From: Octopus sinensis | Lineage: Eukaryota | Assembly: GCF_006345805.1 (NCBI RefSeq) | Contig: NW_021827854.1 | Span: 1 to 9,663 of the forward strand | DNA length: 9,663 bases | Direction: 5' to 3' | In this document: in pieces, positions 8,435-9,663 of the stretch | Layout: the number at the start of each line of letters is the position of its first letter | Numbering within the stretch: position 1 is the stretch's first letter | Made by a program: the position numbers and the translations under genes | Notes under the pieces: generated by a model | The model's database searches: none | What the model saw: only the letters and a program-made list of their open reading frames with translations | Told to the model about the DNA's origin: nothing

Positions 8435-8482
8435 GTTTCTGATGAAGGGATATCCCTAATATCCCGGAAACAGCTGTAAGAT
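8435..8482 (+). ncRNA. Minimal type I hammerhead ribozyme motif (right arm); predicted cleavage after A8478
   Basis: gttt-CTGATGA(8439-8445)-a-gggatat-cccta-atatccc-g-GAAAC(8467-8471)-agct-GTA(8476-8478)-agat. Helix II is a perfect 7 bp, helix III is the palindrome ACAGCTGT, and helix I has two G-U wobbles. Confidence 0.75.
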
Positions 8483-8549
8483 TAACTTTCTCTTCATAAA
8501 TGTCCTGAAAATTCCACACCGCCTTGGCTTTATTGTTTCATTTTATTTA

Positions 8550-8559
8550 ACACACACAC

Positions 8560-8597
<38 letters not shown>

Positions 8598-8606
8598 ACA
8601 CACACT

Positions 8607-8658
<52 letters not shown>
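8550..8658. repeat. (AC)n microsatellite
   Basis: Direct reading of the sequence. Confidence 0.97.
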
Positions 8659-8661
<3 letters not shown>

Positions 8662-8691
8662 TGCACGTACATATATAAATATATATACGAA

Positions 8692-8999
8692 GGCGCGTGG
8701 TTTAGCGGTTAGGGTATTTGGCTCACGATCATAAGGGAGTGAGTTCTATTCCCGGTGATGCGCTGTGTCTTTGAGTAACACACTATTTCACGTCGCTCCA
8801 GGCCACTCAGATGGCAAAAATGAGTAGTACCTTGTGAGATTCTGTATCACGCAGAATCACCCTGAGAACTACGTTAAGGGTATGCGTGTTAGTGGAGTGC
8901 TCAGCCACTTGCATGTTATTTTCATTAGCAGGCTGTTCTGTTCATCGGATCAACTGGAACCCGCGTCGTCGCAAACGACGGTGTGCCAGCTTTTTTTTT
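8692..8999 (+). mobile_element. tRNA-derived SINE, family C (CORE-like centre, 3' hairpin, oligo-T end)
   Basis: A box TGGTTTAGCGG at 8698-8708 and B-box-like GAGTTCTATTCC at 8741-8752. tgtgtctttgagtaacacact...ccactcagatggcaaaaatgagtagtacc resembles CORE-type central domains. 3' hairpin cgtcgt-cgcaa-acgacg at 8964-8980; T9 at 8991-8999. Confidence 0.8.
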
Positions 9000-9216
9000 A
9001 TGTATTTATATAAATGAGTAAACAAAAGAAAAAATAGAACATTCATTCAACACATATTTATAATAACAGTGCGACTCAAATCCAGATTAATTAAATTTTT
9101 GTGTGGGCCTCCATCTCATCAGGGCCTACATCCCATCAAATGAGTTTTACGTGTCATATGCGCCTACGAAAGTAAGTCATGCGAAACTGAGTCAAGTTGA
9201 TATTAATACATGTGAC

Positions 9217-9663
9217 TGTGTGTGTGAGCGCGCGTGCGTATATATATATATATATATAGACCGCTAGATAGATATAGATATTGATAAACATATACCTATA
9301 TGTATATATATATGTATATATACATGTTTATATATATATGTATATATATATATATGTATATATACATACGTAGATATATATATACATATATATATATATA
9401 TACGTATATATAAATATACATGTACATATGTATATATATATATTTATGTATACACATATGCTTATATATATGTATATATACATATGTACATATATATATG
9501 TATATATACATGTACATATATATATATACACGCAAGATGACAGAAACTTTTTTACTCTCTTGACTGGGTACAATGTACAAGTAATATATAAATATATATT
9601 TATGTAATATATATATATATATATATATATGGATATATACATATATACATATATACATACATA
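9217..9663. repeat. Compound (TA)n/(TACA)n/(TATG)n low-complexity array
   Basis: Direct reading; short unique island at ~9530-9585. It accounts for both YI-rich ORFs. Confidence 0.93.

Larger units (their letters stand above)
8139..8552. mobile_element. Fold-back element: ~170-bp inverted arms (8139-8309 and 8383-8552), probably inverted Penelope-like pseudo-LTRs
   Basis: Manual alignment of the left arm to the reverse complement of the right arm gives 19 differences over 171 positions (~89% identity), with a 73-bp spacer. Each arm has a hammerhead core. The right end runs into (AC)n. The inverted repeat is directly visible; the Penelope assignment is inference. Confidence 0.85.

Noticed and set aside
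8692-8765. Possible tRNA gene (likewise the heads at 6136 and 3935)
   Set aside because: A/B boxes are present but there is no proper cloverleaf, and each continues into a SINE body.
9116-9122. Minus-strand CTGATGA
   Set aside because: No downstream GAAA or helices; it is part of the 17-bp duplication.

Overview
AT-rich, repeat-saturated eukaryotic DNA, probably intronic or intergenic. The repeat content suggests a coleoid cephalopod, probably Octopus (inference). None of the supplied ORFs is a credible intact gene: most are translations of microsatellites or SINEs, and one belongs to a dead retrotransposon. The window holds: (1) the decayed C-terminal endonuclease region of an R4/Dong-type non-LTR retrotransposon (1-459); (2) at least seven tRNA-derived SINE copies from three families; (3) a complete 296-bp non-autonomous Helitron (1704-1999); (4) a probable Tc1/mariner-type MITE (6568-6785); (5) many microsatellites; (6) one candidate minus-strand terminal exon (7859-7932). 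The most interesting structure is a ~414-bp fold-back (8139-8552). Each ~170-bp arm carries a minimal type I hammerhead ribozyme with a palindromic helix III, as described for Penelope-like pseudo-LTRs. Two further hammerhead-like remnants lie at 7376-7411 and 4438-4486. All alignments and folds were done by eye, and family names are recalled, not searched.
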